Shown here: piece after piece, positions 37,605 to 47,594 of the stretch | Position numbering within the stretch: position 1 is the stretch's first letter | How the letters are laid out: every line of letters starts with the position of its first letter | NCBI GenBank assembly: GCA_963754595.1 | Contig: CAVWGO010000002.1 | Coordinates: forward strand, 283,579-347,578 | Reading direction: 5' to 3' | Origin: an uncultured Acidobacteriaceae bacterium | GTDB lineage: Bacteria > Acidobacteriota > Terriglobia > Bryobacterales > Bryobacteraceae | Length of the DNA: 64,000 nt | Notes under the pieces: model-generated | What the model was told of the DNA's origin: nothing | The model's input: only the letters and a program-made list of their open reading frames with translations | The model's database searches: none | Program-made: the position numbers and the translations under genes

Positions 37605-40022
37605 ATGAGCGCCTCTCCCAGCACTGAACGGCAGGCAATCGTCTCCTCCCCGCCGCTTGATTTCCGCCTATTCTTCGAGGCCGCACCGGGCGCACTCATC
37701 GTCGTTCTGCCCGACGACCCGGCTTTTACCGTTGTGGCCGTCAACGATGCTTACCTCAAAGTGTCAGGCGCCAGGCGCGACGACCTTCTCGGCTCCGGGT
37801 TATTCCAGAGTTTTCCCGATAATCCAGAACTGGGGGAGAACGGGAGCCAGGCTGTGCGCTCGTCGTTGCGTCGCGCCATCGCGACACGAGCACCGGACCG
37901 AATCAACCAGCGTTATGACGTCAAGGTTGTGGGCGCGGCGGGGGAGGAGTTCCAGGAGCGCCACTGGAGCGCCCTCAATACTCCTCTCGTCGGCGCCGAC
38001 GGTCGAATCGCTTATCTTCTGCAAGCAGTGGAAGAGATTACAGAGAAAGTTCTGGCCGAACGGCGCGAAGATATCACCGCGCGCGCTCTGCAGGCAATTC
38101 AGACACGCTTAAGCGCCACGCTTTTCTTCGCCCAGCTCGGCACTTTCGAGTGGGATCTACGAACGGATGTCGTCGCCTTGGACGAGCGAAGCCGCGCCAT
38201 CTTCGGTTTTGAGGAAGGCCAAGGCACCCGTGCGCAGGAAATCTTCGATCGCATCGACCCGGCCGACTTCGACCGGGTGCTGGCAGAGGCAAAAGCGTCC
38301 CGGCAAGAAAGATCGCGATTAGAAATTGAGTACAGCATTCGACTGCCCGACGGCTCGGTTCGCAATATCCTCAGTGTTTCCGGTTTCGCTCTCGGGCCCA
38401 GCGGTCCAGCCGAGCGCGTCTTCGGGGTCTTCAGCGACATCACGAATCGAAAACGCGAGCACGCGCGGCAGGCATTTCTGCTGGAACTCTCCGACCGCTT
38501 GCGTTCTTTGGCCGATCCCCAGGCGGCGATTGCAGCCAGCGTCCACTTACTGGGACGACATCTAAGGGCCAGTCGCGTGGGATACGGCCAGGTGCAGCCG
38601 GACGATCGAACCATCCTGCTGCAGACCAGCTACGTTGATGGAGTGGCGCCCATCGTAGGGACGTATCCACTGGACGCCTTTGGTGCTGAAGCTAACGCCC
38701 TGCAGCGACAGGGGCGGACGGTGGTGCATAACGATGTTCGCGCCAATCCCTCCAACAATTTGGCAGCTTGGGACGCTATCGAGACTCGGTCGTTCGTCTC
38801 GGTTCCCTTGATTCGCGACGGGCGCTACCGGGCCGGCTTCTTTGTCAATCAGCGGGAGGTCCGCGCCTGGCTGCCCGAAGAGGTTTCACTCATCGAGGAA
38901 GTCGCCGCCCGCACTTGGGAGGCCGTCGAGCGGGCTCGGGCCGAGATTTCCCTTTCCCGTAGCGAAGCCAAGTACCGCAGCTTGTTTGAGTCCATGGACG
39001 AGGGCTTTTGCCTCGTTCACGTATTGTTTGACTCCCAAGGGAATGCTTACGACTACCGCTTCCTCGAAATCAATCCGGCCTTCTACAAGGATACTGGCCT
39101 CCCGCATGCAATCGGCCGAACCATCCGCGAACTCGTCCCTGGCCACGAGACACACTGGTTTGAAACCTACGGAAAGGTGGCGCTCACGGGCGAGCCCGCC
39201 CGTTTCGAAAATCAGGCTCAGGCGATGGGTCGCTTCTACGATGTGTACGCGTTCCGCGTCGGCGAGCCAGACCTGCATCAGGTAGCCATACTCTTCAGCG
39301 ATATCAGCGAGCGGAAGCAAGCCGAACAGGAACTGCGCCATTCGCACCGCGAATTGGAGGAGTTCGCGTACGTAGCCAGCCACGACCTGCAGGAACCCTT
39401 GCGCATGGTTAACATCTACACGCAGCTGATTGTTAAAGACCTGGCGGGCGATCGGCGCACGCTCGAAGGGTACGCGGGCTTTGTGCAGCAAGGGGTGAAG
39501 CGCATGGATGGGCTCATCCGCGACCTGTTGAAGTACTCCCGCGTTATACACAAGGAACAGGCGCCGGTGGAAACGGCGGACCTTTCGGTCGCCCTTCAGG
39601 ACGCAGTGGCCGTTCTGGATAGTCGCATCGCCGAAACCGCGGCGGCCATCACTGCTCCTATACTTCCCGCTGTGCGCGGCGAGACGAAGCAGATGGGACA
39701 GGTGTTCCAGAATCTGCTCTCGAACGCGCTTAAGTATCGCCTTCCGGAAGTGCCGCCCGAAATTTGCATTTCTGCCGAACGCGACGGAACACACTGGGTC
39801 ATCTCGGTTCGGGATAACGGTATCGGCTTCGAACCCCAATATGCCGAGCGCATCTTCGGGCTGTTCAAGCGCTTGCATAAGGACGAATACCCCGGCACCG
39901 GTCTAGGTCTCGCCATTTGCCAGCGCATCATCGAACGCTATGGCGGGCGACTCTGGGCCGAGGGCAGGCCCGGCAACGGAGCAACCTTTTTCTTTGCCCT
40001 TCCTGCTGCCGGACCAGACTAG
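37605..40022 (+). CDS. PAS-PAS-GAF-PAS sensor histidine kinase
   Basis: 805 aa. HisKA: FAYVASHDLQEPLRMV. HATPase: NLLSNALKY, VRDNGIGF, GTGLGLAICQRI. A GAF-like segment lies around LLELSDRLRSLADPQ. Confidence 0.9.
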   Translation: MSASPSTERQAIVSSPPLDFRLFFEAAPGALIVVLPDDPAFTVVAVNDAYLKVSGARRDDLLGSGLFQSFPDNPELGENGSQAVRSSLRRAIATRAPDRINQRYDVKVVGAAGEEFQERHWSALNTPLVGADGRIAYLLQAVEEITEKVLAERREDITARALQAIQTRLSATLFFAQLGTFEWDLRTDVVALDERSRAIFGFEEGQGTRAQEIFDRIDPADFDRVLAEAKASRQERSRLEIEYSIRLPDGSVRNILSVSGFALGPSGPAERVFGVFSDITNRKREHARQAFLLELSDRLRSLADPQAAIAASVHLLGRHLRASRVGYGQVQPDDRTILLQTSYVDGVAPIVGTYPLDAFGAEANALQRQGRTVVHNDVRANPSNNLAAWDAIETRSFVSVPLIRDGRYRAGFFVNQREVRAWLPEEVSLIEEVAARTWEAVERARAEISLSRSEAKYRSLFESMDEGFCLVHVLFDSQGNAYDYRFLEINPAFYKDTGLPHAIGRTIRELVPGHETHWFETYGKVALTGEPARFENQAQAMGRFYDVYAFRVGEPDLHQVAILFSDISERKQAEQELRHSHRELEEFAYVASHDLQEPLRMVNIYTQLIVKDLAGDRRTLEGYAGFVQQGVKRMDGLIRDLLKYSRVIHKEQAPVETADLSVALQDAVAVLDSRIAETAAAITAPILPAVRGETKQMGQVFQNLLSNALKYRLPEVPPEICISAERDGTHWVISVRDNGIGFEPQYAERIFGLFKRLHKDEYPGTGLGLAICQRIIERYGGRLWAEGRPGNGATFFFALPAAGPD

Positions 40023-40032
40023 CCGTTCTTCC

Positions 40033-41343
40033 TCACCACCGCGGCAGCACGCGCGTCCACGTCGCATCCACATGCTTCCGCATCTCTGCCTCGTCATCGC
40101 GCTTGCGAAACGGGATCTTCTCGTAGCGTTCCCGCCCCCGCGCTACTTGGTCATAATCTAGCTCCACACCCAAGCCCGGCCGTTCCGGGATCACCACGCA
40201 TCCATCGCGGAACGCGATCCGCCCGCCCACCACAATTTCATCCCGCTCCGTTTGCCAAGGATAGTGCGTATCACAAGCAAACGTCAGGTTCGGTGACGCC
40301 GCCGCCACATGTGTCATCGCCATCAGGCTCACGCCCAGGTGACTGTTCGAGTGCATCGAGAGTCCCATTCCCAGCACGGAACATACATGCGCCAGCGACT
40401 GCACCTGCCTCAGCCCGCCCCAGTAGTGCGGGTCCGACAATACAATCTGCACCGCATCCAGAGCCTTCGCGCGCGGCACGTCCCCAAACGAAGTCACCGC
40501 CACATTGCTCCCGAACGGCGTGTTGATCCCGCTCGCAAGCAGCCGTCGCCGCACCTCCGCCATTCCTTCTAAACTGGCGCACGGATCTTCCAGATAACCG
40601 CCATCCGCCAACTCCTCCCTCAACGCCTCACCCACATGGACAGACGTGTCCACCGACCAGGCGCAGTTCGGATCGATGCGCAGCGGCATCGCCGGACCGA
40701 ACTCGCGGCGCAGCGCGCGTATGGATTCAATCTCCATCTCCGGCTCCAACACGCCACCCTTCAGCTTGATCTCGCGGAATCCGTACTGCTGCACCATTTG
40801 CTTGCACTCGCGCACCAGCGCCTCGGGACTCAACACTTCGCCGTACTCGTCCGGATAACCCTCCCCACCGCCGCCTGCATGCTTGTAGAACAGGTACGCC
40901 GAAAACGCAACCTGGTCGCGCACACGCCCGCCCAACACATCGCAAACCGGCTGGCCCACCGCTTTGCCGATAATGTCCAGACAGGCAATCTCAATTGCCG
41001 CAAACGTTCGCGCGTGTTGATCCAGCGGGTTCTCACCCGGCACCAGCCAGGTCTGCGAACGCCCGCCCGGCACGGCCACATCGGCCCCGGTACCGTCACC
41101 GCTCAGCTCACTCCAAAGCCCCGCCAGCCGGAACGGGTCCATGCCGATCACACGCGGGCGAATCGCCTCCAGTGCGGCACGCGGCCCATCGCCGCCGTAC
41201 GTCTCACTCACGCCGCGAATGCCATCGTCTGTCTCTAGCTCCACAATCGTTCGCAACGCCCACGGCGCATGCAAACCATAAGAACTGCGCAGCGGCGGAT
41301 CCGCAATCGCTATCGAATGTAATTTCAGCTCAGATATCCTCAT
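40033..41343 (-). CDS. enolase-superfamily dehydratase, glucarate dehydratase (GudD)-like
   Basis: 436 aa. LHAPWALRTIVELETDDGIRGVSETYGG parallels the GudD N-terminal motif. Also KLKGG.., ..RIDPN.., ..LEDPC. Confidence 0.75.
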   Translation of the reverse strand: MRISELKLHSIAIADPPLRSSYGLHAPWALRTIVELETDDGIRGVSETYGGDGPRAALEAIRPRVIGMDPFRLAGLWSELSGDGTGADVAVPGGRSQTWLVPGENPLDQHARTFAAIEIACLDIIGKAVGQPVCDVLGGRVRDQVAFSAYLFYKHAGGGGEGYPDEYGEVLSPEALVRECKQMVQQYGFREIKLKGGVLEPEMEIESIRALRREFGPAMPLRIDPNCAWSVDTSVHVGEALREELADGGYLEDPCASLEGMAEVRRRLLASGINTPFGSNVAVTSFGDVPRAKALDAVQIVLSDPHYWGGLRQVQSLAHVCSVLGMGLSMHSNSHLGVSLMAMTHVAAASPNLTFACDTHYPWQTERDEIVVGGRIAFRDGCVVIPERPGLGVELDYDQVARGRERYEKIPFRKRDDEAEMRKHVDATWTRVLPRW

Positions 41344-41354
41344 GAGGGCTCACT

Positions 41355-42437
41355 ATGCAGCGTAGAACTTTCGCCAAACTGGCGGCCATCCCTTTCGCTC
41401 TCAACCCCGGCCTCAATGCCACTGCCGCACCCGTAACGCCCCGCCAGGGCAAAATCAAACTGGGCAACCAGAACTGGTCCGACGACGCCAGTCTTAAAGT
41501 GCTCGCCGCCCTCGGTGTCACTGAGATCTGTAGTGCCGTGCCCTCGGCAAAACTCGATGACAACTGGACCGTCGAGGGCTTGAATAAACTCCGCGAACGC
41601 GTCGAATCCTACGGCATCCATCTCGAGGCTGTACCGCTGCCCATGAGCTCTCTCTATATAGCCAAGGCCGAAAACCCGGCCATCATTCTCGGCAAGAGTC
41701 CCGAGCGTGATCGCGAGATCGACGACATCTGCACTATGATCCGCAACTGCGGGAAGGCAGGCATCTCTACCGTTAAGTACAACCTGACCATCCTCGGCGT
41801 GGTGCGCAATCCGCCCACGCCCGGCCGCGGCGGGTCGAAGTACAGCACCTTCAATTACGACGAGCTCAAGCAGGATCCGCCGCTCACCGAAGCCGGTCCC
41901 GTCAGTGCCGGTGAAATGTGGCAGCGCATCACCTACTTTCTTCAGCGCGTTGTCCCCGTTGCTGAAGAAGCGAAGGTTCGCCTGGCTTGCCACCCGCACG
42001 ATCCCGGCATGAAGGAGCCGGAAGGCTTCCGCGGTGTTCATCGCGTGCTGGGCAGTGTCGCTGGCCTGAAGCGCTTCATCGACATTCATCCCAGCCCGTA
42101 CCACGGCTTAAACTTCTGCCAGGGCACCGTATCCGAAATGCTCCGCGATCCGAACACCGAAATCCACGACGTGATTCGCTACTTCGGCACCCGCAAGAAA
42201 ATCTTCAACGTCCACTTCCGTAACATCCGCGGCGGCTTCCTTAACTTCCAGGAAACCTTCCCCGATGCCGGTGATGTCGACATGGTTGCCGCCCTCCGCA
42301 CCTACATGGAAGTCGGCTACGACGGCATGCTCATGCCAGACCACGTGCCCGTGATCGAAGGCGATACCGGCGGCCGGCAAGCCTTCGCGTTTGCCTTCGG
42401 CTACATCCGCGGACTTCTGCAAGCGGTGCAAGCTTGA
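41355..42437 (+). CDS. mannonate dehydratase (UxuA)-like TIM-barrel protein with a TAT-type signal
   Basis: [16 protein letters not shown] (twin-arginine motif). [45 protein letters not shown]. Confidence 0.7.
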   Translation: MQRRTFAKLAAIPFALNPGLNATAAPVTPRQGKIKLGNQNWSDDASLKVLAALGVTEICSAVPSAKLDDNWTVEGLNKLRERVESYGIHLEAVPLPMSSLYIAKAENPAIILGKSPERDREIDDICTMIRNCGKAGISTVKYNLTILGVVRNPPTPGRGGSKYSTFNYDELKQDPPLTEAGPVSAGEMWQRITYFLQRVVPVAEEAKVRLACHPHDPGMKEPEGFRGVHRVLGSVAGLKRFIDIHPSPYHGLNFCQGTVSEMLRDPNTEIHDVIRYFGTRKKIFNVHFRNIRGGFLNFQETFPDAGDVDMVAALRTYMEVGYDGMLMPDHVPVIEGDTGGRQAFAFAFGYIRGLLQAVQA

Positions 42438-43684
42438 CGCAGGCTCGGGGCAAGTGGGGCATCATCATCCTGCTCGCGCTCGGCATGGTCATCGCCTATG
42501 TCGATCGCGCCAACTTGTCGGCGGTTCTCGGCATGAAGAGCTTCCGCCTCTTGTTCCGCCTCGACGACAATCAACGCGGCCTGCTCAACTCTGCCTTCTT
42601 CTGGTCCTATGCGCTGCTGCAGATCCCTGCCGGTTGGCTGGTCGACCGCTACGGCTCTAAGCGGCCCTACGCCCTAGGCATCGCTCTCTGGAGCCTTGCG
42701 TCGGCCGCCACCGGCATGGTCCAGAATATGACGCAACTCGTTGCTGCCCGCCTCGTGCTCGGCGTCGGCGAATCCGTCAGCACCGCCGCCAGTCTTCGTT
42801 GGATCCGTCTGAACTGCGCTGAGAAAGAACGCGGCATGGCCACCGGCATTCTGTTTGCCGGCACTAAATTCGGCGCTGCCATCGGCGTACCCCTTACCGT
42901 TGCGCTCGTGCTCCGTTTCAACTGGCACTTGATGTTTATTCTTTCGGGTGTCAGTGGAGCTTTGTGGCTCCTCGCCTGGCTGCTCTCGGTGCGCGAAGAA
43001 TCCGCGGTCGTTCGCACGGCGCAAACAGCATCGCGCGAACGTGTCAGCATCACCGCGCTCCTGGCCGCTCCCGCCATCTGGGGTATCTTGCTGGGCACGT
43101 TCGCCTACAACTACTTCATCTATTTCTGTCTCACGTGGCTGCCCGCGTACTTCAGCGAAGCACGCCATCTCTCCCCCGGTGCCATGGGCCTCTACACCAT
43201 GTTCAGCTTCGGCGGCATGGCAATCGTGGGCATCCTCGCCGGCTGGCTTGCCGATCGCTTCATCGCTCGCGGCGCAAACCCCATCCGCATCCGCCGTCTT
43301 TTCACCATGACCGGTTTCGTCGTCGCCGGAACCGAACTCATCGGCATGCTCTCGCATTCAAACAACGTCGCGCTCTTTTTTGCCATCTTCTCGTTGACCG
43401 GCCTGGGGCTCACCACCGCCAACTATTGGGCGCTCACCCAGACCATCTTCCCGGCCAGCACCGTCGGCCGCATGGTCGGCATCCAGAACTTCGCGTCTAA
43501 CTTATCCGGCATCGTCGCTCCCATCATCACCGGCTGGCTGAAACACAAGACCGGCGGCTACGAAGCAGCCGGCTGGGCCATCCTCGTCGTCCTTGCGCTC
43601 GGCCTCGCTGCCTACGGCTTGCTAGTGCGCGAGAACGCCGGTGATCGTTTCCAGACTGCGGTGCCGGCCAACGCTAACATCTGA
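42434..43684 (+). CDS. MFS transporter, anion:cation symporter (hexuronate/glucarate-type)
   Basis: 12 predicted helices. The start overlaps the uxuA-like stop. [23 protein letters not shown] and LVLGVGES motifs. Confidence 0.85.
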   Translation: MTQARGKWGIIILLALGMVIAYVDRANLSAVLGMKSFRLLFRLDDNQRGLLNSAFFWSYALLQIPAGWLVDRYGSKRPYALGIALWSLASAATGMVQNMTQLVAARLVLGVGESVSTAASLRWIRLNCAEKERGMATGILFAGTKFGAAIGVPLTVALVLRFNWHLMFILSGVSGALWLLAWLLSVREESAVVRTAQTASRERVSITALLAAPAIWGILLGTFAYNYFIYFCLTWLPAYFSEARHLSPGAMGLYTMFSFGGMAIVGILAGWLADRFIARGANPIRIRRLFTMTGFVVAGTELIGMLSHSNNVALFFAIFSLTGLGLTTANYWALTQTIFPASTVGRMVGIQNFASNLSGIVAPIITGWLKHKTGGYEAAGWAILVVLALGLAAYGLLVRENAGDRFQTAVPANANI

Positions 43685-43720
43685 GCGGACCGGCACCCGC
43701 ATCTCACGGGGGCTGCAGCG

Positions 43721-44647
43721 TCATAGGCCGGCTCTGCGTTGCGCTGCCAGGCTATTATCGGCGGCGGCCGCAGCCCTGGCTTGCGGCGCAACGCACGCAT
43801 GGTCTGAAGGCACAGTCTCCCGCCAGACGAAGCCCGCCTTGCAGGTGTCCGGTCCCGAAGGTCCGCCATCAGGAGAGCGGCGCGCTGCCGCCATCGCGTT
43901 GTCGCTGGCCGCCTGTGATCGCGTCGCGGGCGTCACACAGACATGGTCGTTCCTCAGCGCTTCCCGCCATACAAAGCCTTGCTTGCAGGTGTCGGGGCCG
44001 TAGGGCTGTGCAGGCGCTTTCCGTCCCGCGGCCATCCTGTTATCCGAGGCTGTCATTGTCCTGGTCTGTGGTGTCACGCAAGCGTGGTCCGAAGGCATTG
44101 CCTCCCTCCACACAAAGCCTTGCTTACATGTGTCCGGTCCCGACGGTCCGCCATTGGGTGAGCGTCGCCCCGCAGCTAGCCCGTTATCGCTCGCCGCCTG
44201 CGATCGCGTCGCAGGTGGGACACAGACATGATCGTCGCGTAACGCCTCCCTCCACACGAACCCCTGGCGGCAAGTGTCGGACGAGAAGGTTGTTCCGTGC
44301 GCGCTGTCAATGCCCAGGCAAGCACCGCAGGCATAGCTTCCGCAGCTATGCCAATTCTGTGTTGGCGATTCGTAGTAGCCGTTGTCGCATATCAGCACCA
44401 CCCCATAGCAACTCGTATTCGTCGCGCGAACCGGGCAACTGGGTGCGCTGTTGCCGCACAACACCTTGTGTCCGGTCACGCAGTGGGCTCCGTCCCCCGA
44501 ATCGCTCACGCCCTTCTGTACTTCGCCGCTCAGACACGACCCGGCACAGAATGGCGCCGTGCCCCGCCACGTATCGGCGCGAACAAAAGGGGCCGCCATC
44601 GTAAGTACGCTGGCGATGACAAACGCTTTAAACATGTAGGTCTTCAT
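43721..44647 (-). CDS. secreted cysteine-rich protein: N-terminal Cys-knot-like domain plus four tandem 47-48-aa repeats
   Basis: Signal peptide MKTYMFKAFVIASVLTMAAPFVRA. TWRGTAPFCAGSCLSGE...CVTGHKVLCG. Four copies of DTCKQGFVWREALR.DHVCVTPATRSQAASDN..AA.RRSP.GGPSGP. AGGAGG RBS. Confidence 0.85.
   Translation of the reverse strand: MKTYMFKAFVIASVLTMAAPFVRADTWRGTAPFCAGSCLSGEVQKGVSDSGDGAHCVTGHKVLCGNSAPSCPVRATNTSCYGVVLICDNGYYESPTQNWHSCGSYACGACLGIDSAHGTTFSSDTCRQGFVWREALRDDHVCVPPATRSQAASDNGLAAGRRSPNGGPSGPDTCKQGFVWREAMPSDHACVTPQTRTMTASDNRMAAGRKAPAQPYGPDTCKQGFVWREALRNDHVCVTPATRSQAASDNAMAAARRSPDGGPSGPDTCKAGFVWRETVPSDHACVAPQARAAAAADNSLAAQRRAGL
43724..44278 (-). repeat. four tandem coding repeats of about 141-144 bp
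   Basis: Repeat units start at residues D124, D172, D219 and D267. The DNA-level similarity is visible, e.g. caaagccttgcttgcaggtgtc / caaagccttgcttacatgtgtc. Confidence 0.85.
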
Positions 44648-44855
44648 TCAACAAATTCCTCCTGCTGTCGATCCCGACAGGCAAAGAGAAACAGGAACTG
44701 CCTACCGCACCGAAGGTAGCCTGGCACCTACGCCCCGATTAGCTCTGAGCATCATGAATGTTGCCTGAAGCTTGGGGGGCAGGCGTTCAAAGAGAAAGTT
44801 CTCGCTAAGGGAGTTATCTGTTCAGATACAAAGCTCAGATTGGCCACGTCGTGCG

Positions 44856-47559
44856 TCAATCCTGGCGCAGAGCAGCCATGGGGTCCAGTTGCGCGGCCCG
44901 GTACGCCGGCATCCAGGACGCAAGCGCCGCGACGCACAGTAGCAGGAACGGTACGCCAAAGAATACCGGCGCATACAGAACGCCATGGTTCAGATGAACA
45001 TCAACCACTACCGTGACCACCCAGCCGACGCATATCCCTTTCGCCGCAATACATAATGTCTCGCTCGCAATCTGCATCGCCACCCGATGAATCGTTGCGC
45101 CAAGAGCCAGCCGGACGCCAATTTCCTTCACTCGCCGCGCTACTGAGTAAGAAACCACAGCATAAATGCCAATGGCGGCGAGGATCAGCAGCAGCGGTCC
45201 TAATACCACAAACATCTGCGCCGGGATGCGGCGCAGAAACGCGTTCCTTTCCAGGTGTTCGCTCATCGTTCGGGCATCATAAACGCTTAGAGTCGGGTCC
45301 AAGTCGCGCAAGTATGCGCCGCACATCAGAGACCAGCAGCATCTCGCCGCCCGGCCGGGTTCGCAGATGGATTTCGCCGATACACCAACGGGCGGTCCCG
45401 ATACGACAGGTAGAGCATCGGCGACGTTTTTTCGCCAAAGCTCTCGTACACCGCATTGCGGGCCACGCCGGCAATAATATAAGTGCGGTCGCGGGATTGG
45501 ATGCGACGTCCTATGGCTTCTCCGTTTTTAATAAACCGCCGCACAAATTCTTCATTAACCACCGCCTGCATCGGGGCAGTTTGGTCCGTCAAATCCGTGA
45601 AGTCGTGCCGCCGCAACGATGGGAATACCCATCGTCTTGAAAGTAGCCCGGCGTTACGGTATTGGTTAAAGCTTGGTCCGGTGCGGCGCTCGCCCGGGCG
45701 CGGCCTTCGACGCTGAACGAGTCGCATGCGCATGCCATGAATATCCAGCGGCACTGAAACTGCGATCGACGCTTGTTCCACTCCTCGCAGCCCGCGCAGC
45801 CGTTCAAGCAGACGTGCAGTGAAGTCGCGCGCTTGCGCCAGCCGTGCGATTGCGTCCCGTCAGATCGTACGAGGCGAGAAGGATTCCTTCGCGGCGAAAG
45901 CCCGGGTCGGTCGCTCGGGTTTCGTTGAAGCTGCGCAGGAACAAGCCCGCAACGATCAGCACCATCAATGCAAGCGCCGCTTCTGTGCCCATCAGGATGC
46001 TGCGCACCGACTGCGCATGGACGTTGCTGCCATCAGCGCGTAGAGCGCTTTGCGGGTCGATGCGTGCCAGTTGCATGCCGGGAAAAATTCCAAAGATGCA
46101 ACCCGCATACGCATCCCAGCACCAGCGCAAAACCAACGCCTAGGCCGTCAATATTCGTCTGAAATCGTATCGGAAAGCTGCTGATAATCGGCGCCGCGCG
46201 TAACGCTCGCGTGCCCCACATAGCCAGCAATACGCCCCCGCTTGCACCAAGGAAGGCGAGCAGGAAATTTTCGGTAAATAGCAGGCTCACCACACGCCAT
46301 GGTGCTGCCCCCATCGCCAGACGCACGCCGATCTCGCGCTGTCGTGCCGTCGCTCGCGCCAGCATCAAAGTCGCGGTATTGCCGCACACCGCCAGAAGCA
46401 GCAGCAGCATGATCGCCTGCAGCACCGCCAAGCCCGTAGCCAACATCCGTTGCGGGCCGTGGGGCGAACGCCAGAACGGAAGTATCTCGCCCCGGACATT
46501 CGCGTTCGTTTCGGGATAGCTTGCTTGCGAATTCCTTCATCGCTTGGTTCAGTTCCGTTTGTGCCGCCGTGTGCGATTGTCCCGGCCGCAGCAGTCCCAT
46601 AACCGCGTAGCCCCGCTGCGACCGGTCCACCAGCTCCGTCGAGCCGCTCAGCAGCACTGGCGCCAGCGTGGCCGGAGTCCACAGGCTGAAATCCAGCCCC
46701 AAAACCGTGCCTTGAAATCGCTTTGGTGTGACGCCCACCACCGTGAGCAGGTAGTTATTCACCCGGATCTTTTGGCCCACCGCATTCAGTGAACCGTCAA
46801 AACGCGTCTGCCAGTATTGCATAGGAAATAACGACCACAGGCTCACGCCCGGCGCGTGAAACGTCCTCCGGTTGAATAAACCGCCCGAGTGCGGGCTGCA
46901 GTCCCAGCAGCGGAAAATAGTTCCCCGACACCAGCAGCCCATAAGTCCGTTCGGCCGCTCCCGATTCGCCGACATAGAAGGGAACCATTCGAAAAGCCAA
47001 CAGGCCCCGAAAGAAGAAACACGATCGCACAAGTCTTTGTATTCGGACCAGGCGACCCCCGGATAATTTCCCGTATCGGTGCAAGCGTCTCGACACTCTG
47101 GTAACTGCCGCTCTGCGCAATGGCGGGCAACGGCTCGAAGAATCACCGCCTGGATCCAGGAGAAGATTGCCGTATTGACGCCGATTCCGACCGCCAGCGA
47201 GAGCAGCACGACGGCCGTTGTCAAAGGCATGTTCCGAGAGTGCGCCAGGCCTGATTCAAATCGGACGCGAGGATTTCGAACTTGCGGCCGATCCGCACGT
47301 CACGAACCCGCTCCTTCACTTGTTCGATGCCTTCCACCTCCAGAAGAGCCTCGCGGCGGGCTCGCGCGGGCGCTAAGCCGGAGTTGATTTTCTCCGCCTC
47401 CAGCAGGTCAACGTAGGAACGAATTTCGTCATCAAGCTCGATGTTCGACTTCTCTCTTGCCGGTGAGGTTGCGCCAGAGCCTCGCTGATGCGGCTCATCA
47501 TCATGCCGCTTTACGAAACGGGTGTCAGCATACTCGTATCGAGATTCTACAGATGGCAC
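44856..47559 (-). pseudogene. ADOP-type duplicated FtsX/MacB-like permease, heavily frameshifted (at least 7 breaks)
   Basis: The sense can be followed across overlapping ORFs. Prefix: DDEIRSYVDLLEAEKINSGLAPARARREALLEVEGIEQVKERVRDV. Then TAVVLLSLAVGIGVNTAIFS; VPFYVGESGAAERTYGLLVSGNYFPLLGLQPALGRF; IRVNNYLLTVVGVTPKRFQG; FtsX-1 LLLLLLAVCGNTATLMLARATARQREIGVRLAMGA; second MacB-like part AVVNEEFVRRFIKNGEAIGRRI; FtsX-2 VARRVKEIGVRLALGA...YRAAQLDPMAALRQD*. Confidence 0.75.
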
Positions 47560-47594
47560 CTATAGAATGTCAATAGGAGATCGGCAGTGGCTTC

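Noticed and set aside
3009-43357. Many long ORFs antisense to or overlapping the called genes. Examples: 3009..3575(+), 7847..8497(-), 24523..25191(-), 33922..34830(+), 38886..39878(-), 41340..42104(-), 42674..43357(-), 43915..44604(+) and 23159..23614(-).
   Set aside because: Their translations are Arg/Pro/Gly-rich or otherwise not protein-like. They lack an RBS, and each lies opposite a gene with clear family motifs. These are typical shadow ORFs of GC-rich DNA.
43724-44278. Tandem DNA repeats, considered as a possible CRISPR-like or satellite array.
   Set aside because: The period is about 141-144 bp, there is no spacer/repeat alternation, and the repeats are in frame within a well-supported secreted-protein ORF. 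They are coding repeats.
46919-46929. An 11-nt identity (GTTCCCCGACA) to the 3' end of tRNA-Gln, considered as a distal att repeat.
   Set aside because: It lies inside the ADOP permease relic. It would imply an island that includes smpB, pepA, glgC and other core genes. The match does not extend beyond 11 nt.
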